Source of the DNA: an uncultured Gammaproteobacteria bacterium
GTDB lineage: Bacteria > Patescibacteriota > Microgenomatia > CAYQLK01
DNA: 64,000 bases
NCBI GenBank assembly: GCA_964404855.1
Contig: CAYOLO010000001.1
Span: 443,009-507,008 of the forward strand
Direction of reading: 5' to 3'
The notes under the pieces were generated by a model. It was given only the letters and a program-made list of their open reading frames with translations, was not told the DNA's origin and did not search any database. Of this stretch, positions 9,302 to 20,222 are shown in pieces; the first letter of the stretch is position 1, and each line of letters starts with the position of its first letter. The position numbers and the translations under genes were made by a program.

Positions 9302-10561
9302 ATGTCTGAAAAGATAAAAAAACTGCCACCAAAGAAACTCTCCCTACATAAGCCAAAAAGTTTTGGCTTGGTCAAATATATATTTTTTATTGCCGTTGTT
9401 TCTCTGCTATCGTTTGTTGCGGGTTATAAAGCTTCAGGTAAAGAGTTACCGACCAAAATTTCTCCAGCTATTAATTCTAGCGAAATAGCGAATAAATCCA
9501 ATGCAAATGGATTGGATTTTGCGAGGTTTTGGGAAGTTTGGGATACATTAAACAAAACTTACTACGATAAGACCAAGATTGATTCAAATAAGATGCTTGA
9601 AGGGGCTATTTCCGGTATGGTTCGTTCTCTTGGTGATCCTTACACCTCATATTTGCCTAAAGAAGATAATCAAGCAATAAACGAGGATTTGGACGGTAGT
9701 TTTGAGGGAGTCGGAATGGAGTTGGGGTATTCAGAAGATCAGCAATTGATTGTTGTTTCTCCAATTGAAAACTCTCCAGCAATTAGAGCAGGCGTTAAAT
9801 CAAAAGATAGAATACTGGCTATTGATGGCGCAGACACTTCTGGAATTACTTTGCCTGAGGCAGTTAAAAAAATTAGAGGAAAATCAGGAACCAAGGTCAG
9901 TCTTAAATTATTAAGCGATGGAGAAATTGTAGCCAAGGATGTTGATTTGCTTAGGGCAACGATTAATATACCTTCTTTGGTGCTTAGTTTTAAAGACGGA
10001 TATGGAATTATTAAGATTAATAAGTTTGGTGAAAAGACTAATAGTGAGTGGGATAAAGCAGTTGGACAAGTTTTGGCTCAAAAATCTAAAGGTCTAATTG
10101 TAGATGTCAGAAATAATCCAGGTGGGTATTTAAATAGCGCTGTTTATCTTGGGTCGGAATTTACAAACGGAACAGTGGTTATTCAAGAAGGGACTGATGG
10201 AGTAAGGAAAAACTATGACTCAGAAAGAACGGGTAAACTAATTGGACTACCAGTTGTTGTTTTGGTCAATGAAGGTTCGGCGTCAGCATCAGAGATACTC
10301 GCTGGGGCAATCAAGGTGCAGGCTAAAGGTAGCTTGGTGGGTCAAAAGTCGTTTGGAAAAGGAACAATTCAAGAAGTGCAAGATTTCGAAAATGGAGCAG
10401 GGCTCCATGTAACAATTGCGAAGTGGTTATTGCCAAATGGTGAGTGGATAAATGGTAAAGGGATTACGCCAGATTACGAGGTTGAGATGACGACTGAGGA
10501 TCTAAAAGCTGAGAAAGATCCGCAACTTGATAAAGCTTTAGAAGTAATAAAATCTAAGTAG
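9302..10561 (+). CDS. ctpA: Carboxyl-terminal processing protease (S41A, PDZ)
   Basis: LGDPYT, DVRNNPGG, SASASEI, FGKGTIQ. Confidence 0.93.
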   Translation: MSEKIKKLPPKKLSLHKPKSFGLVKYIFFIAVVSLLSFVAGYKASGKELPTKISPAINSSEIANKSNANGLDFARFWEVWDTLNKTYYDKTKIDSNKMLEGAISGMVRSLGDPYTSYLPKEDNQAINEDLDGSFEGVGMELGYSEDQQLIVVSPIENSPAIRAGVKSKDRILAIDGADTSGITLPEAVKKIRGKSGTKVSLKLLSDGEIVAKDVDLLRATINIPSLVLSFKDGYGIIKINKFGEKTNSEWDKAVGQVLAQKSKGLIVDVRNNPGGYLNSAVYLGSEFTNGTVVIQEGTDGVRKNYDSERTGKLIGLPVVVLVNEGSASASEILAGAIKVQAKGSLVGQKSFGKGTIQEVQDFENGAGLHVTIAKWLLPNGEWINGKGITPDYEVEMTTEDLKAEKDPQLDKALEVIKSK

Positions 10562-10564
10562 GTT

Positions 10565-11758
10565 ATGGAAGAAAATATTTCTGAAAATAAACTAAAAAAT
10601 AGATTTAATATTTTATCTTTGCTTAAAAATCCAAGTGCAGTACTGATTGTTGTGGCGTTAGTCATTGTCGGTTTGGTGGTTTATCTGCAGAATTCAGGAC
10701 GGGTTAATTTTAAATCTTCAGAAAATAAACAGTCCAGCGTATCGGAATCTGGGTCAAAAGAGAAAATTAAGGTATTGCCAGAGGAATCTTTGGTTATCGA
10801 CGTAGTCAAACAGACAAGTCCATCGATTGTTTCAATTGTTGTGCAAAGGTCCGGAACTTCGAATCTTTTTTCACCGTTTAGTGGTGGTCAGTCGCAAGAG
10901 TCGGGTATTGGAACAGGGTTTGCTGTTGATAAAAATTTGATTTTGACGAATAAGCATGTGGTTGCGGCCGGCGGTCGTTTTACGGCAGTAGCGAAAGATA
11001 AGGACGGAGAAGAAAAAGAGTATAAAGTGACGGAGATAAATATGGATCCATTTAATGATTTAGCGATATTGAAAATTGAGGAAAATAATTTGGTTCCTTT
11101 GACCTTGGGTGATTCTGAGGGCTTACAGGTTGGCCAGTTGGTTATTGCGGTTGGTAATGCTTTGGGGCAATTTGATAATACCGTCACAACTGGTGTGGTG
11201 TCGGGTCTTGGTCGAGGAATTACAGCATCTGACCCTTTTGAGTCAATTGCTGAACGATTAGATAATCTTATCCAGACTGATGCTGCAATTAATCCTGGTA
11301 ATTCTGGTGGCCCATTACTTAATTCGAGTGGTCAAGTTATCGGAATTAATACAGCTGTGGCTGGGGCGCAAAATATTGGTTTTGCAATACCGATTAATGT
11401 TGCGGTTGAGTTGTTGGACGGATTTAAGCGTGAGGGAGGCAAAATTGTTAGACCTTTTTTGGGTGTGTCTTACACAGTTATAACGAGAGAGGTTGCAATA
11501 CTTAACGAATTACCTGAAGGTATTTATGTTGAATCAGTGGCAATTGATAGTGCGGCGGATAAGGCTGGCCTAGCTGAAGGAGATATTATCACTGCTATTG
11601 ATGGTCAAAAACTTGACGATAAGAATCAATTATCTGAAATAGTCAGAAAGAAAAAGGTTGGAGATACAGTAACGATAAGTTTGTATAGGGATGGGGAAAA
11701 ATCAGAGATGCAGATAAAGCTCGAAGCGGCTCCAGAGGAAGTGACCAGATCGAATTAA
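10565..11758 (+). CDS. htrA: HtrA/DegP-like serine protease with one PDZ domain
   Basis: TNKHV, DLA, QTDAAINPGNSGGPL; N-terminal TM helix. Confidence 0.93.
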   Translation: MEENISENKLKNRFNILSLLKNPSAVLIVVALVIVGLVVYLQNSGRVNFKSSENKQSSVSESGSKEKIKVLPEESLVIDVVKQTSPSIVSIVVQRSGTSNLFSPFSGGQSQESGIGTGFAVDKNLILTNKHVVAAGGRFTAVAKDKDGEEKEYKVTEINMDPFNDLAILKIEENNLVPLTLGDSEGLQVGQLVIAVGNALGQFDNTVTTGVVSGLGRGITASDPFESIAERLDNLIQTDAAINPGNSGGPLLNSSGQVIGINTAVAGAQNIGFAIPINVAVELLDGFKREGGKIVRPFLGVSYTVITREVAILNELPEGIYVESVAIDSAADKAGLAEGDIITAIDGQKLDDKNQLSEIVRKKKVGDTVTISLYRDGEKSEMQIKLEAAPEEVTRSN

Positions 11759-13104
11759 ATATTTTTAAGTTCTCGTCTGGTAAGTTTTAGTAATATTAGT
11801 TCGATTTTTTCTAAGGTTTTTTCAGCTCTTAAGCCCAAAATTCCACAAATAATTATTACAGCTCCTACTGCAAATAGAACGGTCTGGACTCCGAAAATAT
11901 CTGAAAGTGCACCCGCAGCTAACACAGGTAGAGCGGCAACTATACCCATAACCATAATTTGAGTAGAAAAAACTCTTCCTCTTAGGTTGTTTGGAGTGAG
12001 TTCTTGAAGTAGTGTTTGTGTTGGAATAATTACAAATGAACCTCCGAAGCCAAGAACGATTGAAAAGAATGAAATAAAATATGAAAGTTTTACTGCGCTA
12101 AGAAAATGAACGGGTTTAGAAAAATTAATATCATGTCCGGTTATAAATCCCGCAACCATTGGTGCTAAAACAATCCCAGTTATACCTAGGCCGCTTACAA
12201 AAAATCCTGTTGAAATTAGACTTCTTCTGGGAAGAATAGTGCCAAATTTGCCCACAGAAAGCGCTCCGGTGACCATACCAAGCCCAAGAGGTAGGAGTAG
12301 TACGATACTGGCACCTTCTGCTCTTATTTTTAGGACCTGCTCCATTAGTCCCGGGCCGACAGTGACGACTAGGTTCGCAAGAGCGTTAGCAATAGCCATC
12401 GTAAGAATTGTTGCCCATACATAACGGTTACTGGTTATGAATTTGAGACCTTCGCCGATATGACGATTGGTAAGCTTAACCAAGCTTTGGAGGTTGGTTG
12501 TTTTTTCTCTAGTTGTTTCGTTCGGTAGTGGCGGAAGGAATCTGCGCAGGACAAAACTAATTAGTAAACTTGATGAGCCAAAAATGAAAATTACATTATT
12601 GCCAAATCTGTCAATTATTGGTCCGGCGATGGCGTATCCGCCAATCATTGCACCAAAAAGTGTCATTTGGAATAAAGAATTAGCGGCAAGTAAGTCTTTT
12701 TTGGGAACTAGCATTGGAATAGTTGCGGATTCGGTAGGCTGGAAAAATTGCAATATCGAGTTAAGAACTAGGGTAAGGAGAATTATTTGTATCGGCAAAT
12801 TAATAAAAAGATAGCCAAACATACACAAACCTACGCCAATATCGGTAATTAGCAAGATTTTGCGTCTGTCGAATTTGTCAGCCACTACTCCGGCAAACAT
12901 GGCGAGTAATGTTGATGGAATTAGATTAGTAAGAAGGAAAAGGGCAGAAATTGTGTTGGAGTTGGTTAATCTAAAAAGCGTAACAAGTAATGTAAATGAA
13001 AGCATGTTGTAGGAAATCTGCAGTAGAATTTGGTTGGACCAAATAACAAGGAAGGCGCGATTTTTGAGGACACAAACTAATGAGTTGTCGGTATGACTTT
13101 GCAT
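11755..13104 (-). CDS. MFS transporter
   Basis: About 12 TM helices, motif A GVVADKFDRRK. Confidence 0.9.
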   Translation of the reverse strand: MQSHTDNSLVCVLKNRAFLVIWSNQILLQISYNMLSFTLLVTLFRLTNSNTISALFLLTNLIPSTLLAMFAGVVADKFDRRKILLITDIGVGLCMFGYLFINLPIQIILLTLVLNSILQFFQPTESATIPMLVPKKDLLAANSLFQMTLFGAMIGGYAIAGPIIDRFGNNVIFIFGSSSLLISFVLRRFLPPLPNETTREKTTNLQSLVKLTNRHIGEGLKFITSNRYVWATILTMAIANALANLVVTVGPGLMEQVLKIRAEGASIVLLLPLGLGMVTGALSVGKFGTILPRRSLISTGFFVSGLGITGIVLAPMVAGFITGHDINFSKPVHFLSAVKLSYFISFFSIVLGFGGSFVIIPTQTLLQELTPNNLRGRVFSTQIMVMGIVAALPVLAAGALSDIFGVQTVLFAVGAVIIICGILGLRAEKTLEKIELILLKLTRRELKNI

Positions 13105-13160
13105 ATCAGAGTTGATTATCCGCTGATATGGCTGTTTGGTGCAATAAGGAAGGGGGGGGG

Positions 13161-14210
13161 TTAGTTGAGGTTGTCAGACAGGTCTTTGACTATTGGATCT
13201 AAATTACCCGCTAGGATGACTGGTAAGTTGTGCCAGTTTTTTTTGATACGGTGATCGGTCAACCTATCTTGAGGGTAGTTGTATGTACGAATTTTTTCTG
13301 ATCGATCGCCGGTTCCGATTTGGTCTGAACGAGATTTAGCCGTTTCTGCAGCTTGTTTCTCTAATTCTCTTTGATAAAGGCGTGAACGTAAAATTTGTAA
13401 TGCAATTTCTTTGTTTTGGGCTTGTTTGCGTTCGGCTTGAGAGGCAACAACTTCTCCTGTTGGGATATGACGAACACGAACTGCAGTTGAAACTTTGTTG
13501 ACGTTTTGACCACCTGCTCCTCCACTGCGGAAAGTTTCGAATTCTAAGTCTTTTGGGTCAATGTGAAAATCAATGTCGGTAACCTCTGGCATTACTGCAA
13601 CTGTGGCGGTTGAGGTATGAATACGACCAGAACTTTCTGTTGCAGGGACTCTTTGTACTCTGTGGACGCCAGATTCAAAACGGTAAAGTGAATAAACTTC
13701 TGGTCCTGAGATTTTGATAATTGCGTGTTTGAGGTTGCCGATTGCACCTTCATTTATTTCAATTTCTTCGACGATAAAATTATGGAGTTGTGCGAAACGG
13801 GAATACATTTTGAGCAAATCACTGCCGAATATTCCTGCTTCGTCGCCACCAGCGGCAGCTCGAATTTCTATCATGATTGATGGAGAGCTAAAAAGTGCTT
13901 TGTCAGGGGAGGTTTCAAAATTAAGCTTAGTTTTGTTCTCAGTTAATTGATTCAGAAGGGATGTTAGTTCGTCTTTAGCCATTTTAATAATCTCTTCGTC
14001 CTTTTCTGTTTCGATCATTTTCTCTGTGTCGACGATTTTTGCAGCTAAATCCTCGTTTTTTTCTGCTAGTTCAGCAATTGTTCTTAGTCTAGCTATAGTT
14101 GAAGACAGTTCTTTGACTTGGTCTGGGTCGCTAGCAATTTCTGGATCCTCAAGCGATTTTTGCGCACCGTGATATTTGTCGAGTAACTCTGAGATATTTT
14201 GTGTGAGCAT
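13161..14210 (-). CDS. prfA: Peptide chain release factor 1
   Basis: GGQ and PAT recognition motif (RVPATES). Confidence 0.96.
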   Translation of the reverse strand: MLTQNISELLDKYHGAQKSLEDPEIASDPDQVKELSSTIARLRTIAELAEKNEDLAAKIVDTEKMIETEKDEEIIKMAKDELTSLLNQLTENKTKLNFETSPDKALFSSPSIMIEIRAAAGGDEAGIFGSDLLKMYSRFAQLHNFIVEEIEINEGAIGNLKHAIIKISGPEVYSLYRFESGVHRVQRVPATESSGRIHTSTATVAVMPEVTDIDFHIDPKDLEFETFRSGGAGGQNVNKVSTAVRVRHIPTGEVVASQAERKQAQNKEIALQILRSRLYQRELEKQAAETAKSRSDQIGTGDRSEKIRTYNYPQDRLTDHRIKKNWHNLPVILAGNLDPIVKDLSDNLN

Positions 14211-14242
14211 ATTGGAGAGTAAAGAGTAGTCGAGTAAAAGAG

Positions 14243-14545
14243 TTATTTCTTAGACTGAGCTAACATTTCACGAAGAGACATTGGAGAGCTTGAGCGTCTG
14301 ACCTCTTGTTCTTTTTTCTTGACCACTTCTTTTTGGCGAAGTTTGGCTTTTTCTTGAAGTGCCTGGAAACGTTCGACTTTTCCTTGAGTGTCAACGAATT
14401 TCATTTGGCCTGTGAAAAAAGGGTGACATTTTGAGCATATTTCGAGATGGATATCTGACTTGGTTGAGCCAGTGTTCCATGAATTGCCGCAGACACAAGT
14501 GACTTTGGTGTCGGTGTGGTATTTAGGATGCCCTGTAGGTTTCAT
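14243..14545 (-). CDS. rpmE: 50S ribosomal protein L31 with C-terminal extension
   Basis: [18 protein letters not shown]. Confidence 0.95.
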   Translation of the reverse strand: MKPTGHPKYHTDTKVTCVCGNSWNTGSTKSDIHLEICSKCHPFFTGQMKFVDTQGKVERFQALQEKAKLRQKEVVKKKEQEVRRSSSPMSLREMLAQSKK

Positions 14546-14602
14546 ATGCAGGTTGGAATTCTAGCAGAATATAAGGCTTTATGGCAATAGTAATTGTAGT
14601 CA

Positions 14603-15529
14603 TCAGTGTCTTAAATGAAACTTTCGTAATATATGCATATGTTTAGGGATTGGAAAGTCGGCAATTGTGACACCGAAAAGAATGAAAACTGCACCAGCAT
14701 AAAATATTACATCAAGCCTTTCCTGAAGGATAATCATTGAGGCAATTACCGCAACAATTGGTTGAATATAACCAAAAATAGATTCGAATGAGGTGGTTAG
14801 ATATTTAAGTGAGCTCTCGTACAAAATGTAGGCAAGTATACCCCCAATTAGGGCATCGTAAAGAATAAATAGAGTAATTTTTGTGTTCAGCTGTTGGAGC
14901 CAATTAATACCTGAAACAATGTCGAACATTACAAATGGAAGGCTGGTAAGACTGGCCATAAAAAAAGAAAAGACAATAAGAGTTTGGTAGTTATATTGTT
15001 CAATATATTTTTTGATATAGATTGTATAAAGTGCGATTGTGATATTGCTGGCAAAGAGCAAAACTTGCCCGATTATTTCTGAAGAGCTGAGATCCTTGGG
15101 GTCTAAAAATATAATCATCGTTCCACCGAGTGCGATCATTGAACCAATTACTGTTATTTTTCTGATTTTCTCCTTAACAATTAGCATTGAAAGAAAGATA
15201 GTAACAATTGGAAAAAGGGCAAAGATTACGGCGGCGGTTGAAGCTTCTGTTCGCTGCAAGCCGGAATAAGTAAGCAGGTTGGAGGCGGCAGGACCAAGAA
15301 AAGTAATAAAAAGGATTTTGGGAAGGTGTTTGCGGTCAACGGATTTTAGATAACCTTTGAAGTAATAGATTGGGGTAATTATCAGTAAGGCTAAAGAAAA
15401 ACGCAGAAAAATAAATGTGTACGGCGGAATTGTTTCAACGACCGTTTTAGCAATAGGTGTACCAATGCCAAAAAAGACAAAACTCATTATTGCGCTAACT
15501 ACAGCGATTTTGGGCAGGTGCTTATGCAT
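14603..15529 (-). CDS. DMT/EamA family transporter
   Basis: Two EamA repeats, about 10 TM helices. Confidence 0.88.
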   Translation of the reverse strand: MHKHLPKIAVVSAIMSFVFFGIGTPIAKTVVETIPPYTFIFLRFSLALLIITPIYYFKGYLKSVDRKHLPKILFITFLGPAASNLLTYSGLQRTEASTAAVIFALFPIVTIFLSMLIVKEKIRKITVIGSMIALGGTMIIFLDPKDLSSSEIIGQVLLFASNITIALYTIYIKKYIEQYNYQTLIVFSFFMASLTSLPFVMFDIVSGINWLQQLNTKITLFILYDALIGGILAYILYESSLKYLTTSFESIFGYIQPIVAVIASMIILQERLDVIFYAGAVFILFGVTIADFPIPKHMHILRKFHLRH

Positions 15530-15531
15530 TT

Positions 15532-16812
15532 TTACTTTTTATTTAAACGTTTTATTTGGTTAAGAATTGCGCCTTTTCTATCCGTGGTTTGGTGTCCGCT
15601 ATTTAGGTCGCGTAGTGTGTATTTGTCCTCAGATAATTCTTTGTCTCCAACTATTAACAGTAAATTAAACTCGTTTTTGACTCCATAAGATAATATATCG
15701 CGCATCTGTGACATTTGTGGGTAAAAACTGGTAATTAGACTTGGGTTTTTCTCTCGAATTTTTTGTGAGATCGCTAAAGTTTTGGGTAAGGCGTTGTCGG
15801 ATAGGGGAGCAATTAAAAGTTTTTTGTGAAGGTTAAGGTTTTTGGGATAGAGGTCGTATTTTTCAAGCAGGTTACCAATAACTACATCTCCCATGCCAAA
15901 ACCAACACCTGTCAGTTTGCGCTCTGAAAATTGACCAACAAGGTTGTCGTAACGGCCGCCGCCAGCGACAGCTCGAGAGTTAATATCAGTTGGAAATACT
16001 TCAAAAACCGTGGAAGTGTAATAATCTAAGCCCCGAACGATTTTGTGGTCAATTACTATGTAGTCCTGCAATTTAAGGGATTTAAGATTGTTAAAAAGTA
16101 CTTTTAAGTTACCAGAAAGTGTAGTGTTTGCGGAGTTTAGATAATCAATAAAGCCTTCGATATCTTTAGCTTTGGGGTAATTTTGTTTAATGTCCGCAAT
16201 TGTACTGGCTGAGCCGACTTTGGGTAGTCTATCGATGGATTTGAGGATTAAAGCCTGGTCTTTGGGTTCGATTCCTGTTTGTTTTTCGATATCGGATTGT
16301 AAATCTTTTTTGTCGTTTAAGTGAACCTTTATTTTGTCAGGACCAAGGCCAATTTTTTGAAAAAAGGTACAAAGTACTGCAATACAGTCAGTGTCGGATA
16401 TTGGCTGGTCGCTGCCAATGACATCGACATTCCATTGAAAATGTTCTCTTAATCGACCCGACTGAGGTTTTTCGTATCGCCAAAGAACTGGAATTGAAAA
16501 CCATTTAATAGGAAAACTAAGATCGTTTTGGTTACCAGCTATCATTCGAGCGAGCACTGGTGTCATTTCTGGGCGGAGGGTGACCTCACGATCGCCACGA
16601 TCTTTGAACCTGTAGGATTGCTCGTCGACGAGTTCTGAGCTGGTTTTGGTTTTGTAGGTTTCGATACTTTCTAGAACTGGGGAGTCGTATTGTTCGAAGC
16701 CAAAACTGGTTGCTGATGCGATCATTTGATCAAATAACCACTGTCTTTTGGCAAAGTTATTAGGAATAAAATCGCGCGCGCCTTTGACTGGTTGTAGATC
16801 GGTTTTTTTCAT
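15532..16812 (-). CDS. hisS: Histidine--tRNA ligase
   Basis: KGARDF, LRPEMT, RYEKPQSGRLREH, RGLDYY, GGGRYD. Confidence 0.97.
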   Translation of the reverse strand: MKKTDLQPVKGARDFIPNNFAKRQWLFDQMIASATSFGFEQYDSPVLESIETYKTKTSSELVDEQSYRFKDRGDREVTLRPEMTPVLARMIAGNQNDLSFPIKWFSIPVLWRYEKPQSGRLREHFQWNVDVIGSDQPISDTDCIAVLCTFFQKIGLGPDKIKVHLNDKKDLQSDIEKQTGIEPKDQALILKSIDRLPKVGSASTIADIKQNYPKAKDIEGFIDYLNSANTTLSGNLKVLFNNLKSLKLQDYIVIDHKIVRGLDYYTSTVFEVFPTDINSRAVAGGGRYDNLVGQFSERKLTGVGFGMGDVVIGNLLEKYDLYPKNLNLHKKLLIAPLSDNALPKTLAISQKIREKNPSLITSFYPQMSQMRDILSYGVKNEFNLLLIVGDKELSEDKYTLRDLNSGHQTTDRKGAILNQIKRLNKK

Positions 16813-17747
16813 TACTGAAGACTCAATACATTTCTTACGATAAGGTTACCATAGCTATTGGCGGTGGCGTAAAAGAGGATTTTTTGACCTTTTTGCGGAG
16901 CTGTAAATGGATTATTGTTTATAGTGGCGTTTTTGTCCCAATAATATTTCGTTTTATTGTCTTTTAGGGTAAAAGTTTCTCTTTTAGTATCGACAGCAGA
17001 TATTTCTCCTGATTTGAGGCTGGTTGCAACTTTAGGCAATGGATCTTTGTTGGCGTAAGAAATTAGTTTTTGTGTAGTTTGTACCGAATCATTAACCACT
17101 CCAAAACCGATTACAATATCATCGACCTCGAGTCTTTCGACGTCTTTGAGTCCTTGGTCCTTATTGCCGTCGTTTTCTTCACGAGGATTAACAAATTCGA
17201 AGCTAGTGTTATTGTCGGTAGCTAGAGTAAAACTATTTCCACTAATTAGACTTTTTAACTCCACATTACCTCCGAGAGTAGAAATAACTTTGCCAAAAAT
17301 CGCAATTTCTTTGTTATTCGATTCAGTTTCCGTGCGGTAGTAAACAAATGAGACCTCTTTGGTGGTGGAATAATCGGAAGGATCGATTTGTGTAAGAGTA
17401 AAAATGTTAGCACCGAGATTAAGGTTAAGCGTGGTTTTGGCAACCATATTGGTTGGAGTAAGCTGCAAAATCAGATCTTCCTTATTGGTAATTAAATTAA
17501 TGTTTTTTTCGTCAAGGTTTTTTATTTCGACTTCAATTGATTCTGTACTGACCGAATGACCACTATCTGGAGTAAAATCTTCAATTTCTTTGGAGGGAGC
17601 AAAGATGTTAGTAGTCGAGTCAATAATATTTTGAGGTATTTGAGTAATTTTTTGATTACGTACCCAAAATCCCGAAATAATAAGTCCAATTATGGTAAAT
17701 AATAGTAAAAAGAAAAGAATAGGTAAGGCTTTTGCAAACAATTTCAT
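16812..17747 (-). CDS. Membrane-anchored hypothetical protein (beta-rich)
   Basis: 311-aa ORF with N-terminal TM helix, overlaps the hisS start. Confidence 0.75.
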   Translation of the reverse strand: MKLFAKALPILFFLLLFTIIGLIISGFWVRNQKITQIPQNIIDSTTNIFAPSKEIEDFTPDSGHSVSTESIEVEIKNLDEKNINLITNKEDLILQLTPTNMVAKTTLNLNLGANIFTLTQIDPSDYSTTKEVSFVYYRTETESNNKEIAIFGKVISTLGGNVELKSLISGNSFTLATDNNTSFEFVNPREENDGNKDQGLKDVERLEVDDIVIGFGVVNDSVQTTQKLISYANKDPLPKVATSLKSGEISAVDTKRETFTLKDNKTKYYWDKNATINNNPFTAPQKGQKILFYATANSYGNLIVRNVLSLQ

Positions 17748-17820
17748 TAATCTAATTCTACCAAAGCTAAATTATGTTATTATAGTTTTCTGTTAATAAC
17801 CAAATAATCCATAGAGAAAT

Positions 17821-18477
17821 ATGTCAGACATTATTTTTAACGGCCACTCCTGTTTTACTATCAAATCAAATAATGGTCAGACGATTGTGATTGATCCATT
17901 TGATTCAGAATCAACCGGTCTTAAGTTGCCAAAGCTAACGGCTGATTTGGTATTGGCTACTCATTCTCACTCAGATCACAGCAATTTTGGTGGAGTTGTT
18001 GGAGTTACTGGAGAGGTTTTTAAGATTATAGGGCCAGGAGAATATGAGGTTGGCGGAACACTTATTCGTGGAGTTAATAGTTACCATGACGAAAGTAAGG
18101 GTAGCGAAAGAGGAAGAAATACTATTTATGTAATTAATGTTGATGGGGTGAATATTTGTCATTTAGGTGATCTTGGTCAAAAGAAATTAACCGAAACTCA
18201 ACTTGAGGACATTGGCGATGTTGATGTACTAATGATTCCAGTTGGAGGAGTTTTTACAATTGATGCAAAAGATGCGGTTGAGGTGATTGCGCAAATTGAA
18301 CCAAAAATCGTAATTCCTATGCATTTTAAAGAAGAAGGTTTGAAGTACGATCTTGGACAATTAGATGAGTTTGTCAAACAGATGGGGCATCCAGGTGGTG
18401 AGCCAACCAAAAAATTGTCTGTCAAAAAGGACAGATTGCCTGAAGAACTTCAGGTTATTGTAATGGAGCGCTCTTAA
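17821..18477 (+). CDS. Metallo-beta-lactamase-fold hydrolase
   Basis: GHSCF, THSHSDH, HLGDLG, PMH. Confidence 0.92.
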   Translation: MSDIIFNGHSCFTIKSNNGQTIVIDPFDSESTGLKLPKLTADLVLATHSHSDHSNFGGVVGVTGEVFKIIGPGEYEVGGTLIRGVNSYHDESKGSERGRNTIYVINVDGVNICHLGDLGQKKLTETQLEDIGDVDVLMIPVGGVFTIDAKDAVEVIAQIEPKIVIPMHFKEEGLKYDLGQLDEFVKQMGHPGGEPTKKLSVKKDRLPEELQVIVMERS

Positions 18478-18553
18478 GAATTTTTATTCGCTCTATTTAC
18501 AAAAAATACCAAACGAACAATAATACTTTTCCAATAAATAAAAAGGTGTTTTT

Positions 18554-19897
18554 ATGTCAAAAGTAGATGATTTGCGACTACCTCCGCACAATCTAGACGC
18601 TGAAAAAAGCGTAATCGGCGCGTTACTAATCGACAAGGACGCTGTTTCTGAGGTGGCGGAATTTTTGAGGCCAAATCATTTTTATAGAGAAGGACACGGA
18701 GATATTTTTGAGGCCATTCTTGATTTATTTGAGAAAAGAGAGCCGGTTGATTTAATTACTTTATCCGAACAGTTAAAAAAGAAAAAACATTTTGAGAAAG
18801 CCGGCGGTGCATCATATTTAGCAGAGCTTGCAAGTTTTGTACCTACATCGGTGCATGTTGTGAAGTATGCCCAAATTGTTAAAGACCACGCAATTAAAAG
18901 GCAGTTAATCGGAACGGCTAATAAGTTATCGGAGCTGAGTTTTTCTGAGTCAGGTGATGTTCATGATATTTTGGATGCGGCTGAACAAGAAATTTTTGGT
19001 ATTTCTCAAGCCCACCTAAAACAGAATTTTGTACATGTAAAAACAGTTTTGACCGAAAGCTTTGACAGACTTGAAGAATTATCGAGAAGTAAGGGTGTGT
19101 TTAGAGGTGTAGCTACTGGTTTTAGCGATTTGGATAAGATTCTTTCAGGAATGCAAAAATCTAATCTTTTAATACTTGCTGCTAGACCTGGTATTGGAAA
19201 AACTTCGTTTGCACTTAATATTGCTCAGTTTGCGGCTGTAAAGAAAAATGTACCAGTTGGGATATTCAGCCTTGAAATGAGCAAAGAAGAATTAATGGAT
19301 AGGGTTTTGGCGCACGAATCAGGTGTGAATGCGTCGAGAATCAAAAATGGAGATTTGGATGATGCAGCTTATGAGAGTTTGAGTATGGCAATGGGAAGGT
19401 TAGCTGAAGCGCCACTTTATATTGACGATACACCGGCGCTTTCAATTATGGAAATGAGGACAAAAGCTAGAAGATTACAGATTGAAAATGGGCTACAGTT
19501 ATTAATTGTTGATTATTTACAGCTAGCTAAAGGGCGTAATTTGGAGAATAGAGTGCAGGAGATTTCGGAAATATCACAAGGATTAAAAAACTTGGCTCGC
19601 GAGTTAAATATTCCAGTGCTAGCTTTGTCGCAGTTATCTCGTGCAGTTGAACAAAGAGGATCGAAACAGCCACAACTGTCAGACTTGCGTGAGTCTGGAG
19701 CAATTGAACAAGATGCTGATGTGGTTATGTTTATTTACCGAGACGATCAGGACGAGGACAATGGTCAGAGATCAAAAGAGATTTTGGCAAAATTAACAAT
19801 AGCTAAACATCGTAATGGACCTACAGGTGAAATTGACTTAGTCTTTATTGGTGAAAAAGTGGCTTTCTTCCCGAGGGATAAAAGACAGAGTAATTAG
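18554..19897 (+). CDS. dnaB: Replicative DNA helicase
   Basis: AARPGIGKT, SLEM, DYLQL, LSQLSR, DLRESGAIEQDAD. Confidence 0.97.
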   Translation: MSKVDDLRLPPHNLDAEKSVIGALLIDKDAVSEVAEFLRPNHFYREGHGDIFEAILDLFEKREPVDLITLSEQLKKKKHFEKAGGASYLAELASFVPTSVHVVKYAQIVKDHAIKRQLIGTANKLSELSFSESGDVHDILDAAEQEIFGISQAHLKQNFVHVKTVLTESFDRLEELSRSKGVFRGVATGFSDLDKILSGMQKSNLLILAARPGIGKTSFALNIAQFAAVKKNVPVGIFSLEMSKEELMDRVLAHESGVNASRIKNGDLDDAAYESLSMAMGRLAEAPLYIDDTPALSIMEMRTKARRLQIENGLQLLIVDYLQLAKGRNLENRVQEISEISQGLKNLARELNIPVLALSQLSRAVEQRGSKQPQLSDLRESGAIEQDADVVMFIYRDDQDEDNGQRSKEILAKLTIAKHRNGPTGEIDLVFIGEKVAFFPRDKRQSN

Positions 19898-19955
19898 GAA
19901 TTCGAGAAGTTTTTGGATATAATCTTGCGGCGAAGCTAAGTGATTTTTGTATTAT

Positions 19956-20039
19956 GCCGGGGTGGCGGAATTGGTAGACGCGCACGTCTCAAACACGTGT
20001 GAAAGCAATTTCATGTGGGTTCAAGTCCCACTCCCGGCA
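19956..20039 (+). tRNA. tRNA-Leu(CAA), long variable arm, CCA not encoded
   Basis: GCCGGGG/TCCCGGC acceptor stem, CACGT-CTCAAAC-ACGTG anticodon arm, GGTTCAAGTCC T-arm. Confidence 0.95.
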
Positions 20040-20152
20040 CATCGTTGAAATGAGCTTGATAGTAGGGAGTTTAGACGAAGTCCATTTTTCCTAAATTGGG
20101 AGCAATAAATTATTTAGTTCAAGTTTTTTTATTTCTATTTATCACAATCGTA

Positions 20153-20202
20153 TCGACAGCTATAGGCTATTGTAGTAGTATTTGTGGCTAGCACTTTAAG
20201 CA
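20153..20202 (+). promoter_or_regulatory. Promoter TCGACA-N17-TAGTAT plus boxA-like GCACTTTAAGCA for pyrFE
   Basis: Motif inspection. Confidence 0.45.
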
Positions 20203-20222
20203 AAGGAAGGTAGAAACTACAA